64,000 bases of DNA, from assembly GCA_963720675.1 (NCBI GenBank), contig CAVRGH010000003.1, positions 175,503 to 239,502 of the forward strand, given 5' to 3'. Source of the stretch: an uncultured Acidimicrobiia bacterium (GTDB lineage: Bacteria > Actinomycetota > Acidimicrobiia > IMCC26256 > PALSA-555). Position 1 is the stretch's first letter. Each line of letters begins with the position of its first letter. Of the stretch, positions 1 through 9,813 are shown in pieces. Under the pieces are notes generated by a model. The model was not told where the DNA came from. It made no database searches and worked only from the letters and a program-made list of their open reading frames with translations. Position numbers and translations under genes: made by a program.

Positions 1-488
1 TTGCCGCGTCCGAACAGCTCGGCGCGCCGGTCGATCATCTCGACGTCTTCCTTGTCCTTCTCCTCCTTCAAGGCGCGCATCTTGTTCTCGATGAGGTGCC
101 GGAAGGGATAGAGGAAGAAGGGCATGCGCAGCTCGACCGTGAGGTCGCTGATCGTCCGCTCTCCGGTCTCGTCGGGGTAGTAGCGGAGATCGGTGCGCGT
201 CTTCACGAGGTGGTGGACGCTCGGCTTCCACCACGGATCGGATTTGATGTCGTAGTTGAGGAACCGCGCGGGAGCGACGTACTCGCAGGTGCAGATCTGT
301 GCGACGCGACGACCGCGGAACAGCCAGGTCTGGCGGATCACGATCTTGTCGTCGACGTGGCTGATGACCTCGTACTCCGGTGAGTACTTGTTGTGCAGGA
401 AGATGTAGTGCTCCGCGTCGAGATAGGCCGCGACCGCGCAGGCGACGTTGGTGTCGAGCTCGTAGGCGTGCGTGAAGACGTGCTTCAT
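1..488 (-). CDS. hypothetical protein (partial; C-terminus lies beyond the window edge), possibly an SRPBCC-like partner of the adjacent Rieske protein
   Basis: Absent from the ORF track because it runs off the window. The reverse-strand ATG at 486-488 gives MKHVFTHAYELDTNVACAVAAYLDAEHYIFLHNKYSPEYEV... with GC3-rich codons. The ATG overlaps the Rieske gene stop (ATGA at 485-488), which suggests translational coupling. The function is a guess. Confidence 0.5.
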   Translation of the reverse strand, partial: MKHVFTHAYELDTNVACAVAAYLDAEHYIFLHNKYSPEYEVISHVDDKIVIRQTWLFRGRRVAQICTCEYVAPARFLNYDIKSDPWWKPSVHHLVKTRTDLRYYPDETGERTISDLTVELRMPFFLYPFRHLIENKMRALKEEKDKEDVEMIDRRAELFGRG

Positions 489-856
489 TCGGCGCCGAAA
501 TGGATCGTGCCGGCCTCGACCCGGAAGGCCAGCTGCTTGAGGTGGTACGGGGGCACGCGATCGGGATCGAAGTGCCGGCTGGGCTCTCGGAGCTTGGCCA
601 TGATCTCCACGTTCGGGTTCTCGACGAACTGTCCGTCGGAGGCATCGAAGGCATACCCGTGCCAATGGCACCGGAGCGTGCCCGCATCAGCGCAGTAGGT
701 CGCCTCACTCATATCGGCACCCATGTGGGGGCAGACCTCGCCGAAGACGGTGATGTCGTCGCCCCGCCTGATGACGAGCGCCTTCCGACCCGATGTCAGC
801 ACCTTGACGTTGAGCACGCCCTCGCGCACGTCGTCGAGCGACATCGAATCCGACAC
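485..856 (-). CDS. Rieske (2Fe-2S) domain protein
   Basis: 123-aa ORF with both Rieske ligand boxes, CPHMG (C-x-H) and CHWHGYAF (C-x-x-H). Confidence 0.85.
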   Translation of the reverse strand: MSDSMSLDDVREGVLNVKVLTSGRKALVIRRGDDITVFGEVCPHMGADMSEATYCADAGTLRCHWHGYAFDASDGQFVENPNVEIMAKLREPSRHFDPDRVPPYHLKQLAFRVEAGTIHFGAE

Positions 857-886
857 GCGAAGAGGGTAGCGCCCGGCTCCGGACGC

Positions 887-1552
887 TCAGGATTGGAGCA
901 GCGCTGCGGCGATGTTCACGGTCAGCGCCAGGATCACGGCGCCGAAGAGGTAGGCGAGCAGCGCGTGGCGGATCACGGACCGTCGAATGGTTCGCGCCTG
1001 CACGTCGGTGTCCGAGACCTGGAACGTCATCCCGACGGTGAAGGCCACGTAGATGAAGTCCTGGTAGTCGGGGGGCGCGGGGTTCTTGAAGTCGATCCCC
1101 CCGACCGGCTCCGTGTAGTACTCGTGCGCGTACCGGAGTGCGAAGACGCTGTGTACGACGGCCCATGAGAGCACCACCGTCAGTGCTGCGACCGACGTGA
1201 GCAGCGCCTTCTTGACGTCGGAGCTGCCACTTGCCTTCGCGAGCTCGAACGCGACTCCGAACAGGCTCGCAATGCACGCGATGAGCAGGAGCACGTGGGC
1301 GGAGACGGTGCTGTCGTCCTCGCGCGTCGCGAACTCCCGGGTGGCGTCCGCCTCGAACGCGCCGATGGTGCCCCACACCCACACGAGGAACGCACCCGCG
1401 GTGACGATCCAGGCGACGAGGACCGCGGACTCCCACGGGACGAACCAGGCGCTGATCCCGCCGGCACCGGCACCGATCACCGCGACGATGAGGAGCCGAC
1501 GGCGGGCCGAGACGCTGAGGAGGAGCGTCTCGACCTTCGCACCCAACCGCAC
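887..1552 (-). CDS. DUF1345 family integral membrane protein
   Basis: This is the C-terminal ~220 codons of ORF 887..2398. It has several TM helices and the family-typical DFIYVAFTVGMTFQVSD segment. The rest of that ORF is an antisense shadow of the methyltransferase gene. The start is placed at in-frame GTG 1552; TTG 1546 is also possible. Confidence 0.7.
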   Translation of the reverse strand: MRLGAKVETLLLSVSARRRLLIVAVIGAGAGGISAWFVPWESAVLVAWIVTAGAFLVWVWGTIGAFEADATREFATREDDSTVSAHVLLLIACIASLFGVAFELAKASGSSDVKKALLTSVAALTVVLSWAVVHSVFALRYAHEYYTEPVGGIDFKNPAPPDYQDFIYVAFTVGMTFQVSDTDVQARTIRRSVIRHALLAYLFGAVILALTVNIAAALLQS

Positions 1553-1612
1553 ACCCGCGAGGCTAGGCCCGACCGGATGCCTGTCAGGATGCCCGGGAGG
1601 ATGCCTGAGAGG

Positions 1613-2446
1613 ATGAGTCGTGTGAACGACACCTACACGCACGGGCACCACGAGTCGGTGCTCCGCAGCCACACCTGGCGCACCGCGGAGAACTCCGCCG
1701 GGTACCTCCTGCCGGCCCTCACGCCGGGTCTCGACCTGCTGGATCTCGGGTGCGGTCCCGGCACCATCACGCTCGACCTCGCGACCCGGGTCGCTCCGGG
1801 GAAGGTGGTCGGGATCGACGCTGCGGTGGACGTGATCGAGCAGGCCGAGGCCCGTCGTCGGGAGACCCACGTCGAGAACGTCACGTTCGCGACCGGGGAC
1901 GCGTACGCCCTCGACCTCCCCGACGCGTCGTTCGACGTCGTCCACGCGCACCAGGTGCTCCAACACCTCACGGCGCCGGTTGCGGCCCTGCACGAGATGC
2001 ACCGGGTCCTCCGCGCGGGTGGGCTGCTCGCCGTGCGCGACAGCGACTACGGCGCGTTCGTGTGGGCACCGGCGGATCGGCTGCTCGACCGGTGGCTCGA
2101 GCTGTACCACCAGATCACGGCCCGCAACGACGCCGACGCCGACGCCGGTCGCCACCTCCTGGGTTGGGTGCAGGCTGCGGGCTTTGTCGACGTGCGCCCG
2201 TCGAGCTCGACCTGGACGTTCGCGAACCCGGAGGACCGCGCGTGGTGGGGCGGTCTCTGGGCCGACCGCGTCGAGCAGTCGGCGTTCGCGCAACAGGCCG
2301 TCGCCTACGGGCTCTCCGACGCAGCCGAGCTCGCGGCAATCGCTGCGGCGTGGCGCACCTGGGCCGTGCAGCCCGACGGCTTCTTCGCCGTGCTGCACTG
2401 CGAGATCCTCGCCCGCGCTTCACAGAACGATCACACCGGTCCCTGA
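1613..2446 (+). CDS. class I SAM-dependent methyltransferase
   Basis: MSRVNDTYTHGHHESVLRSH... with SAM motif I LLDLGCGPG followed by VVGID. The start is ATG 1613, inside ORF 1295..2446. Confidence 0.85.
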   Translation: MSRVNDTYTHGHHESVLRSHTWRTAENSAGYLLPALTPGLDLLDLGCGPGTITLDLATRVAPGKVVGIDAAVDVIEQAEARRRETHVENVTFATGDAYALDLPDASFDVVHAHQVLQHLTAPVAALHEMHRVLRAGGLLAVRDSDYGAFVWAPADRLLDRWLELYHQITARNDADADAGRHLLGWVQAAGFVDVRPSSSTWTFANPEDRAWWGGLWADRVEQSAFAQQAVAYGLSDAAELAAIAAAWRTWAVQPDGFFAVLHCEILARASQNDHTGP

Positions 2447-2470
2447 GATCGTTGACATCCGAGTGGTCGG

Positions 2471-3393
2471 ATGGACGCCATGACCGCCCTGCCGCTCCCC
2501 GAGATCGACGAGCGGCCCAGTCGCTTCGGGCTCGTCACCGGGCTCACGTTCGTCGCCGCGATCGTGTTCGCCCTGCTCACCCGCGGGGCGCGGCGCTCGG
2601 GATCGCCCTGCTCTTCCTGCTCTTCGTGCCGCTCGAGAAGCTGTTCGCGCTCCGCAAGCAGCGGGTCTTCCGCACGGGTCTGGTCACCGACCTCACCCAC
2701 ATCCTGGTGAACAACTTCTTCTCGACCGTCGGTGCGATCGCGCTCGTGGTGCTGTTCGCGTTGCCCTTCATCTGGGTGCGCGGCTTCGACCTGGTCGGGT
2801 ACGTGCCGACCGAGGCGGCGATCGTGCTCGGCTTCGCGATCGTGTTCGTCGGGCAGTACTGGGGCCACCGTCTCACGCACTCGGTCCCGTTCCTGTGGCG
2901 CTTCCACGCGGTGCACCACAGCATCGAGCAGATGGACTGGGTCGCCTCCGGGCGGCTGCACCCGCTCGACCAGGCGTTCACGCAGGCGTTCGCGATCCTG
3001 CCGCTCTTCCTGCTGGGCTACGGCAACGGGGTGTTCGCCGGGGTCGCGGTGTTCGTCACGCTGCTCGCCCTCTTCCAGCACGCGAACGTGCGCCTGCGCT
3101 TCCCCGTCCTGCGCTGGGTGATCAACACCCCCGAGTGGCACCACTGGCACCACGCGATCGACGACGAGGCGCGCGACAAGAACTTCGGGCTGCCCCTGCT
3201 CGACAAGGTGTTCGGCACCGCATACCTGCCGAAGGGCAAGCGCCCGATCGGCTTCGGCACCCTCGACCCGGTGCCACAGGACTCGTACCTGCGGCACCTC
3301 GCGTACCCGTTCACGAAGGCGGCGCGCCGTGGTGTCGCTGCGTCACCGGTCCCGGCGGGCGATCAGGATCGTAAGCGGGCTGCCGGGGGATGA
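2471..3393 (+). pseudogene. fatty acid hydroxylase / sterol desaturase superfamily membrane protein, apparent 1-nt frame disruption near 2585
   Basis: The His boxes HRLTH, HAVHH and HHWHH lie in the frame of ORF 1750..3393. That frame has no ATG, GTG or TTG before GTG 2626. ORF 2471..2710, in another frame, supplies an ATG and a TM helix (GLVTGLTFVAAIVFALL). It reads on into AALGIALLFLLFVPLEKLF if one G is added to the G4 run at 2585-2588. The alternative is an intact shorter CDS at 2626..3393. Confidence 0.7.
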
Positions 3394-3461
3394 TTCCTCA
3401 GGAACGGTCCGGGGTATGCCGATGCAATGGAGCACGCCGACCTCGAACGAGATGGATCCCC

Positions 3462-3968
3462 ATGCGCCTGATCTGGACCGTGGTCGCCACGGCGATCGTG
3501 CTCGCGGTGCTCCTCTGGCCGGTCCAGGCGATCGTCGTGCTCATGCTGCTGGCCACCTCGGTGCTGACGATCGACCTCTACGGGCGCTGGGAGCACCGAC
3601 ACGTCGTCGGCGGTCGGCAGCGCCGGTCGCTGCACCGGGCCATGAGCGGGTTCACGTTTGCGTTCCTCGCCGCGGGCCTGACAGCCGCGGTCCTCTGGCC
3701 CACGCCCATGGTGTTCATCACCGTCGCGATCGTGGTGGTCGCCTGCGTGCTCTGGTGCGTGGTGAGCAGCGTCGTGTGGCTCATCGCGATGGAGCACGAT
3801 CTCACCGGCACGCAGGCGCACGCGTCCCGACCGGACGAGCAGGCCGCGGTCGCGCACCTCGCCCGCCGGCCCCGCCCCGCGAAGCCGATCGCACCGCTGC
3901 CTCGACCGCATGAGTTCCGCGTCGACCCCTCGCGCCGACGCAGGCCTGGTCGACCCACGACGGTCTGA
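3462..3968 (+). CDS. hypothetical integral membrane protein
   Basis: ATG 3462 within ORF 3390..3968 gives MRLIWTVVATAIVLAVLLWPVQAIVVLMLL..., with about 4 predicted TM helices and GC3-rich codons. No family was recognised. Confidence 0.6.
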   Translation: MRLIWTVVATAIVLAVLLWPVQAIVVLMLLATSVLTIDLYGRWEHRHVVGGRQRRSLHRAMSGFTFAFLAAGLTAAVLWPTPMVFITVAIVVVACVLWCVVSSVVWLIAMEHDLTGTQAHASRPDEQAAVAHLARRPRPAKPIAPLPRPHEFRVDPSRRRRPGRPTTV

Positions 3969-3972
3969 TGCC

Positions 3973-4734
3973 TCAAGCGCTCCGGCGCTCGTCGATCTGC
4001 TGCAGCTGGGCGCCGTGCAGCGGATCGGCCGGGAGGCAGACATCCTGCACCGTCGCGGCTCGTGACCGACCGGCGCGCTTCGCCGCGTAGAGCCCGGCGT
4101 CGGCCGCGGCGAGGAGTGCCTCCCCGTCGGCCATGTCGACCGTCAGGGCCGCGTGACCAGCACTGATCGTCACGGGATGGCCGTGCACCTCTGCGACCGT
4201 CCGCAGCAGCAGCCGCTCGGCGACCTGCGCCGCGTCCGCGGCACTGCACCCCGGGAGCAGGACGGCGAACTCGTCGCCACCCAGGCGGACCACCACGTCG
4301 TACCCCTTGGTGTTCTGCTCGAGTGCGTCGCCGACCGTGCGGAGCACCCTGTCGCCGGCCTGGTGGCCGTGGCGGTCGTTCACGCCCTTGAAGTGGTCGA
4401 CGTCGACGACGATCGCGCTCAGTGGCGCGTCGGTGCGACGGGCCCGGGCGATCTCTCGCGGCAGCGTCTCGTCGAGGACCCGGCGGTTCGCCAGTCCGGT
4501 GAGCGGATCTCGGGTGGCGAGGCGCTCGATCTCGTCGACCCGGGCCTCGTAGCGGACCCGGGCGAGGAGCCCGGCCACGACGATCGCCGCCAGGAAGGTC
4601 CCGGCCCCGATGGCCGCCTCCCGGTTGCTCGACGTGCCGGCGACGGCGCTCAGGGCCACCACGACGGTGCACCCGAGCACCGCGCCGCCGAAGCCCGAGG
4701 GGCGTTTCGAGTTCCTCGACCACGTGCGCTGCAT
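3973..4734 (-). CDS. membrane-anchored GGDEF-domain diguanylate cyclase
   Basis: This is the last 253 codons of ORF 3973..6135. It has two N-terminal TM helices, then RDPLTGLANRR, DHFKGVNDRHGH and RLGGDEFAVLL (GGDEF). The start is ATG at 4734. Confidence 0.9.
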   Translation of the reverse strand: MQRTWSRNSKRPSGFGGAVLGCTVVVALSAVAGTSSNREAAIGAGTFLAAIVVAGLLARVRYEARVDEIERLATRDPLTGLANRRVLDETLPREIARARRTDAPLSAIVVDVDHFKGVNDRHGHQAGDRVLRTVGDALEQNTKGYDVVVRLGGDEFAVLLPGCSAADAAQVAERLLLRTVAEVHGHPVTISAGHAALTVDMADGEALLAAADAGLYAAKRAGRSRAATVQDVCLPADPLHGAQLQQIDERRSA

Positions 4735-4823
4735 CACGCTGACTCCACTGATGGTCCGGCCCAAGCCCAGGCAATCAGTGCTTCGGCCGCGTTGGAGCGC
4801 GGTCTTGAGCGCGTGGCGGAGTC

Positions 4824-5114
4824 TTAACCGAACGCTACCCATCCGTAGGTGTTGCACAGGCCGTAGGCGTCGATCGCGAGGAACGCGAGGATCACGAGCA
4901 CCACCACGTGTCGCCGCCAGCCGTGCACCATTCGGGTGCCACCGGCTGGAGTCGCCATGTACCAGTCGCCGAGGACTCCCTTCGGCGCCGACCCGGTCAG
5001 CTCCCAGAAGTCCACCGCGTCGGCGTCGACCTCGGTCTCGGGATCCGCGGCGAGAGCCTCGGCGGCGAGCTGGGCGTCCGTGACGCTGTCGGGTCCGACG
5101 TCGACCGTGGTCAT
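4824..5114 (-). CDS. hypothetical protein with acidic N-terminus and C-terminal TM helix
   Basis: 96-aa ORF with GC3-rich codons and a C-terminal hydrophobic helix (VVVLVILAFLAIDAYGL). No family was recognised. Confidence 0.5.
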   Translation of the reverse strand: MTTVDVGPDSVTDAQLAAEALAADPETEVDADAVDFWELTGSAPKGVLGDWYMATPAGGTRMVHGWRRHVVVLVILAFLAIDAYGLCNTYGWVAFG

Positions 5115-5241
5115 GAGCTGCTCCTCCTGGCTCCTGCCGCCCGCCGCGCCGTCCAGGTGTCCGGCTGGTGTTCGGAGCCGAGGCGGCTCGGGATGGGTCC
5201 TGGTGGGGAGGGCATCCGGGACGCCCCGGTAGGGTCAGAAC

Positions 5242-5775
5242 GTGATGATCGCACGAACGGTCCGGTCGATGGTGATGGGGGTGCTGGTGCTGGGCATGGC
5301 GGTCGCGGTCGCGGGACCGACCGGGATCGCCGCGGCCGCCCCGAAGGTCGACGCGTGCAGCGCGCTGACGACCGACGAGCTGGGAGCCGCGCTCGACAGC
5401 GTGTTCCAGCCCGGCTCCGCCTACGACGCCGGCACCGGCACCAGCTGTGGGTTCGACGGCGTCGGTCCGGTGCGGGGCGCCACGGTGCGCGTGGCGGCGG
5501 GCAAGCAGGCGAAGGTGGCGATGACCCGGACGCTCAAGGCTCTTCGTCAGACCCTGCACGACGTCGAGAGTGCGCCGCCGAGCAAGGTCCGAGGTCTCGG
5601 CGACAAGGCGTACTCCTCCCTCGACGAGTTCCTCGGCGAGGGAAGCATCGAGGTGCTCGACGGCAAGACCTTCGTGCAGGTCACCGCGATCGTCGCCGCG
5701 AACGGTGACACCACCGCGGTCTCGGAGTCGGTCCTGCGCGGCCTCGCCGAGCAGGCGCTCGCCCGGGTCGGCTAG
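5242..5775 (+). CDS. secreted protein, DUF3558-like
   Basis: It has a signal peptide (MGVLVLGMAVAVAGPTGIAAAAP) and a mature part beginning KVDACSALTTDEL. The architecture is similar to the protein at 15073..15621. Confidence 0.65.
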   Translation: MMIARTVRSMVMGVLVLGMAVAVAGPTGIAAAAPKVDACSALTTDELGAALDSVFQPGSAYDAGTGTSCGFDGVGPVRGATVRVAAGKQAKVAMTRTLKALRQTLHDVESAPPSKVRGLGDKAYSSLDEFLGEGSIEVLDGKTFVQVTAIVAANGDTTAVSESVLRGLAEQALARVG

Positions 5776-7112
5776 CGCGTCGGTACCTCCTCGCGCAGCA
5801 GGTCGAGCACGAGCGCGGCGGTCCACGAGAAGCGCTGGGCGCCCAATGCCTCGCCGGTCAGGGGAGAGAAGTACTCGGCGAACCCGAAACGATCGGTGAG
5901 GTCGAGCGTGCGGGAGCGGAGCTCGTCGGCGACGTCGGCCGCACCGCTCGTGCGCAGACCCTGGATGATCGCCCAGTTCATGTTCACCCAGGTCGGACCC
6001 TTCCAGTAGCGCTGGGCGTCGAAGTGGCGCCCGTCGGTGGGGACGCTCGGCACGGGGTAGCGCGGCCAGTACCCGGAGTCGTCCGCGAGGTGGCCGACGA
6101 GCCGAATGGCTCGGTCGGACGCGACGCCGGCCCACAGAGGGAGGAACGTCGCGACCGTCGGGAGGGTGAGCAACCGGCCGGTCACCGCGTCGCGGGAGTA
6201 GTACTGGCCGGTCGCGTCGTCCCAGAGGTGCTCGTCGATCGCTGCGATCGTCGTCGGGAAGTGGCGCTCGAGGTCCGGGTCGATGCCGACCCCGAGGTCG
6301 TCGGCGATCTCGCGCAGCGCGCGGTTGGCGACGACGAGGAACGAGTTGAACGCGAGGTCCTCGATGAGCACGGAGTCGGCGGGGGGCATCCGGCGGAGCT
6401 CGAAGCGCGATCGCTTGGCGCGATGGGCGAGTACGAGCATGCGAAGGCCGTCGTCGTCACTGAGGCGCTCGGCTGCCGGCGCGTAACGCGTGTCGCGACG
6501 GAAGAAGCGCGCTACCCGGGTCAGGCGGAGTCGCAACACCACGCGCATCCACCAGGGCTCGGACATGCGTCGCAGGGCACGCATCCAGGGCGGCGTCGTG
6601 TCGAGCCCACACTCCCAGGGATGGATCAGGGTGATCAGCCCGTGGCCCTCCGGGTCCCGCTCCCGGTACATCCACGCGTGGTAGGCGACGAGCTTGGGGA
6701 GCAGCTCGGCGAGGAAGGAGCGCCGCTCGTCGTCCGGGAGCGCCTGGGCGACGTGCCACGCCGCGATGCTCGCGAGCGGGGGCTGGGTGATGCAGGAGGT
6801 CGCGACGGCGCGCGGCGCCTCCGCGAACTTGCGGGACTGCCAGATCCGCTCGCTCCCGACATCGCTCACGTCGTCGGCGAAGATCATGTGCGGAAGCATG
6901 CCGTTGGCCCACTGGCCGCGGAACACCGCGCGCAGCTCGCCTGCCGCGCGCTGCGGGTCGTAGCTCGCGAGCCCGATGGCGATGAAGCAGGAGTCCCACA
7001 GCCACTGGTGGGGATAGAAGTCAGGTTCCGGACAGGTCCACCCGCCGCGACGGTTGTCGTCGAGGACGCGTCGCGCCCGCTCCGTCAGGGTCGCCGGTGC
7101 GCGCGATGGCAT
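5772..7112 (-). CDS. GH63-like (MGH1-like / glucosyl- or mannosylglycerate hydrolase-type) glycoside hydrolase
   Basis: 446-aa ORF with YPHQWLWDSCFIAIG, LITLIHPWECGLDTTPPW and YWKGPTWVNMNWAI, which are typical of the (alpha/alpha)6 GH63/trehalase-like fold. Confidence 0.8.
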   Translation of the reverse strand: MPSRAPATLTERARRVLDDNRRGGWTCPEPDFYPHQWLWDSCFIAIGLASYDPQRAAGELRAVFRGQWANGMLPHMIFADDVSDVGSERIWQSRKFAEAPRAVATSCITQPPLASIAAWHVAQALPDDERRSFLAELLPKLVAYHAWMYRERDPEGHGLITLIHPWECGLDTTPPWMRALRRMSEPWWMRVVLRLRLTRVARFFRRDTRYAPAAERLSDDDGLRMLVLAHRAKRSRFELRRMPPADSVLIEDLAFNSFLVVANRALREIADDLGVGIDPDLERHFPTTIAAIDEHLWDDATGQYYSRDAVTGRLLTLPTVATFLPLWAGVASDRAIRLVGHLADDSGYWPRYPVPSVPTDGRHFDAQRYWKGPTWVNMNWAIIQGLRTSGAADVADELRSRTLDLTDRFGFAEYFSPLTGEALGAQRFSWTAALVLDLLREEVPTR

Positions 7113-7171
7113 CGGACGCGAGGCTACCGGCGCGGCTCGGAGCGTCGACGCGCTGTCGTACGCTGCTGTTC

Positions 7172-7831
7172 GTGAGCCAATCGGCGCCCGTGCCCCGACA
7201 ACCGGATCCGACGAGCGAGCGGCTCGAGATGTTCAGCGACGGGGTCCTCGCGATCGCCATCACGCTGCTCGTCCTGAACATCAAGATTCCGACGACCGCA
7301 CAAGGGCAGCTCTGGGACACACTGACCAACCGCTGGCCGTCGTACGTCGCGTACGTCCTCTCGTTCACCGTGATCGGGATCATGTGGGTCAGCCACCACT
7401 CGATGTTCGAGCGGATCCGCCACGTCGACCGCGGCCTGCTGTTCGCGAACCTGCTCCTCCTCCTCGGCATCGGCTTCCTGCCGTTCCCGACCTCGCTCCT
7501 CGCCGACTACACCCAGCAGGGCGGGAGCAACGCCCAGATCGCCGCGGCGATCTACAGCGCGACGATGGCGGGAATCGGGCTCGCGTTCACCGGCATCTGG
7601 GTGTACCTCGAGCGTCATCCGCGGCTGCTCGTGTCGGGCGTCGACCCGAGCAGCGTGCGGCGGTCCGTGCACCGCTCGCTGGTCGGACCGATCGTGTACG
7701 GGCTCGCGATCCCGCTGGCGTTCCTGAGCGTCGAGGCGTGCTACGTCGTGTACGTCATGATCGCGGTGTACTTCATGCGAGGGCCGTCGAGCCGGGCCCT
7801 GCGGGCCGCCAAGCCCGAGGAGGGCGGCTGA
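7172..7831 (+). CDS. TMEM175-family (DUF1211) potassium channel-like membrane protein
   Basis: It carries the signature RLEMFSDGVLAIAITLLVLNIK and 6 TM helices. The ORF starts at 7097, but that would overlap the divergent GH63 start. In-frame GTG 7172 is preferred. Confidence 0.75.
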   Translation: MSQSAPVPRQPDPTSERLEMFSDGVLAIAITLLVLNIKIPTTAQGQLWDTLTNRWPSYVAYVLSFTVIGIMWVSHHSMFERIRHVDRGLLFANLLLLLGIGFLPFPTSLLADYTQQGGSNAQIAAAIYSATMAGIGLAFTGIWVYLERHPRLLVSGVDPSSVRRSVHRSLVGPIVYGLAIPLAFLSVEACYVVYVMIAVYFMRGPSSRALRAAKPEEGG

Positions 7832-7907
7832 GCGCGACACTGGTGCCCATGCGTCGGTTCGGACCGGGTCGGGCCGGGTCAGGGAGTGCACGGTCAGGTC
7901 GTGGCAG

Positions 7908-9038
7908 ATGGATCTGACGGTCGTGGCCACGCCTGGCTACTTCGGGACGATGGCCCTCGAGGCCGCGTACCTGCGTCGACGGGCCGAGGCGCGGGGTCCG
8001 TCGCCGGCCGACTACGAGCGGCGCGACACGATTGCGAGCCTGTCGATGGGGGTGGCCAGCCTGGTCGCCCCGTTCGTGCTCCAGAAGCTGTTGAAGCCGG
8101 TCACCCCGGGGAAGGGGCGGTTCGGGAAGGCGCTGGTCGCGACCGCGGTCGGTGCGATCGCGGTGACGACCATCGCCGACGCGGTCGCTCGCCGTGACGC
8201 AGGTGATCACGACACCCGTCCGAATCGCGAGACGCGCCGGGGGAAGGTGGCGCGCAAGATCGCGAAGGTCGCGGGCGTCGCGTCGGTCGTGGCCGGCGGG
8301 GTCGCGATCACTTCGACGTTCGCATCGCGCACGACGCCCGATCGGATGTGGAAGCGGCGTGTCGTGCGCGACCTCGGGACCGGACCGGTCGCGCTCATGG
8401 GTGCGGTGCTCGCGTGGGACTTCATCTACTACTGGAACCACCGGTTCATGCACGAGAGCCGGTACATGTGGGCGATCCACGTCGTGCACCACTCGAGCGA
8501 GCGATACAACCTGTCGACCGCGCTGCGGCAGCCCGTCGCCGACGCGTTCGGGACCTTCCTGCCATACAGCGCGCTCGCGCTGTTCGGGTTCCAGCCGGCG
8601 ATGATCGCATCCGCCCGCGGCATCAACCTCCTGTACCAGTACTGGATCCACACCGACACGATCCGATCGCTGGGACCCTTCGAGGAGGTGCTGAACACGC
8701 CGTCGCACCACCGGGTGCACCACGGGAGCAACCACCAGTACCTCGACCGCAACCACGGGAGCATCCTCATCGTCTGGGACCGGCTGTTCGGCACCTACGA
8801 GCGAGAGGCAGAGCCCGTCATCTACGGGTTGACGAAGAACATCGAGACGTACGACCCGGTGCGCATCATGACGCACGAGCACACCGACATGTTGCGCGAC
8901 GTCGCGGAGTCGACGACCTGGCGCGAGCGCCTGTCGTTCGTCCTGCGCGGCCCCGGCTGGGCCTACGACCAGCACCGCGCCCGCTCCAGCACCGAGCGCC
9001 GAGCTCTCGACGCGTTGCCGGTCGTGGACGTCGCGTGA
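7908..9038 (+). CDS. fatty acid hydroxylase / sterol desaturase superfamily membrane protein
   Basis: 376-aa ORF with His boxes HRFMH, HVVHH and HHRVHH, plus LIVWDRLFGTY. It is a second member of this family in the window. Confidence 0.85.
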   Translation: MDLTVVATPGYFGTMALEAAYLRRRAEARGPSPADYERRDTIASLSMGVASLVAPFVLQKLLKPVTPGKGRFGKALVATAVGAIAVTTIADAVARRDAGDHDTRPNRETRRGKVARKIAKVAGVASVVAGGVAITSTFASRTTPDRMWKRRVVRDLGTGPVALMGAVLAWDFIYYWNHRFMHESRYMWAIHVVHHSSERYNLSTALRQPVADAFGTFLPYSALALFGFQPAMIASARGINLLYQYWIHTDTIRSLGPFEEVLNTPSHHRVHHGSNHQYLDRNHGSILIVWDRLFGTYEREAEPVIYGLTKNIETYDPVRIMTHEHTDMLRDVAESTTWRERLSFVLRGPGWAYDQHRARSSTERRALDALPVVDVA

Positions 9039-9745
9039 CCGATCCGTCGCTGGGGCGAGCCGCCCGACTCGCGGGCGTGGCGACGCGTCGGTTCCAGCAG
9101 CGGGCGCAACAGCTGTACGAGGGTTCCTCGATCGCCGGGTTCCGAGCTGCTGAGTCCGTCAATCGGGTGCTCGACGGGATCTTCGACGAGCCGTTCGACG
9201 TGCCCGACGCCGTGACGGCGCAGCGCATGATCCTGTCGGACGCCGCGCCGCAGGCCGGCGCCACGGCGCGTTTCCTCGAGCAGCAGGCGATGACGCGGCT
9301 CACGCCATGGATCACCCGCACGATCCAGGCCGCCAAGGCCGCAGGCTCGACGTCCGCGGCCGGGGGCACGTCGCGGTGGGCGGCGACGGCCGCGAACGCG
9401 GTGGTGAGCTCGGCGACGCGCGGCCGGAAGGCGTCGGCCGACGGCTGGAACCAGCTCCGGGTGTTGGCGTCGTATCTCGTCGCGCGCGCTCGAGCAGACG
9501 GCCTCGAGCTCGAGCAGGAGCTGGTGCGGGCCGTGACCGTCTCGATCTACCTGGACCCCCGCAAGAAGATCGATCTCGCGTACCGCGGGTCACGCGCGGG
9601 CGCCGCGATCGCGTCCCGCTGGGCGCGGGACGCGGCGTTGCCGCCGAACGAGGCGACCCGTCGCGAGGTCGCCCACGCTCGAGTCGGTGCGATCGAACGT
9701 CTCGACCTCGCCGCAGTGTGCGCGGACTGGTCCGCCCTCCCCTGA
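9035..9745 (+). CDS. hypothetical protein
   Basis: This is the C-terminal 236 codons of ORF 8348..9745. GTG 9035 overlaps the upstream stop (GTGA), suggesting coupling. Codons are GC3-rich. No family was recognised. Confidence 0.55.
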   Translation: MTDPSLGRAARLAGVATRRFQQRAQQLYEGSSIAGFRAAESVNRVLDGIFDEPFDVPDAVTAQRMILSDAAPQAGATARFLEQQAMTRLTPWITRTIQAAKAAGSTSAAGGTSRWAATAANAVVSSATRGRKASADGWNQLRVLASYLVARARADGLELEQELVRAVTVSIYLDPRKKIDLAYRGSRAGAAIASRWARDAALPPNEATRREVAHARVGAIERLDLAAVCADWSALP

Positions 9746-9756
9746 CCCCGCGCTCT

Positions 9757-9802
9757 TGGGATGCGTCCCTCACCCGGACCTGCCCGGGTGAGAGACGCAG
9801 GT
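9757..9802 (+). repeat. 46-nt REP-like hairpin element, copy 1
   Basis: Sequence: ggatgcgtccctcaccc-ggacctgcc-cgggtgagagacgcaggtcc. It lies between convergent genes. See the copies at 10627, 49766 and 54215. Confidence 0.8.
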
Positions 9803-9813
9803 CCGTCGTGCCG

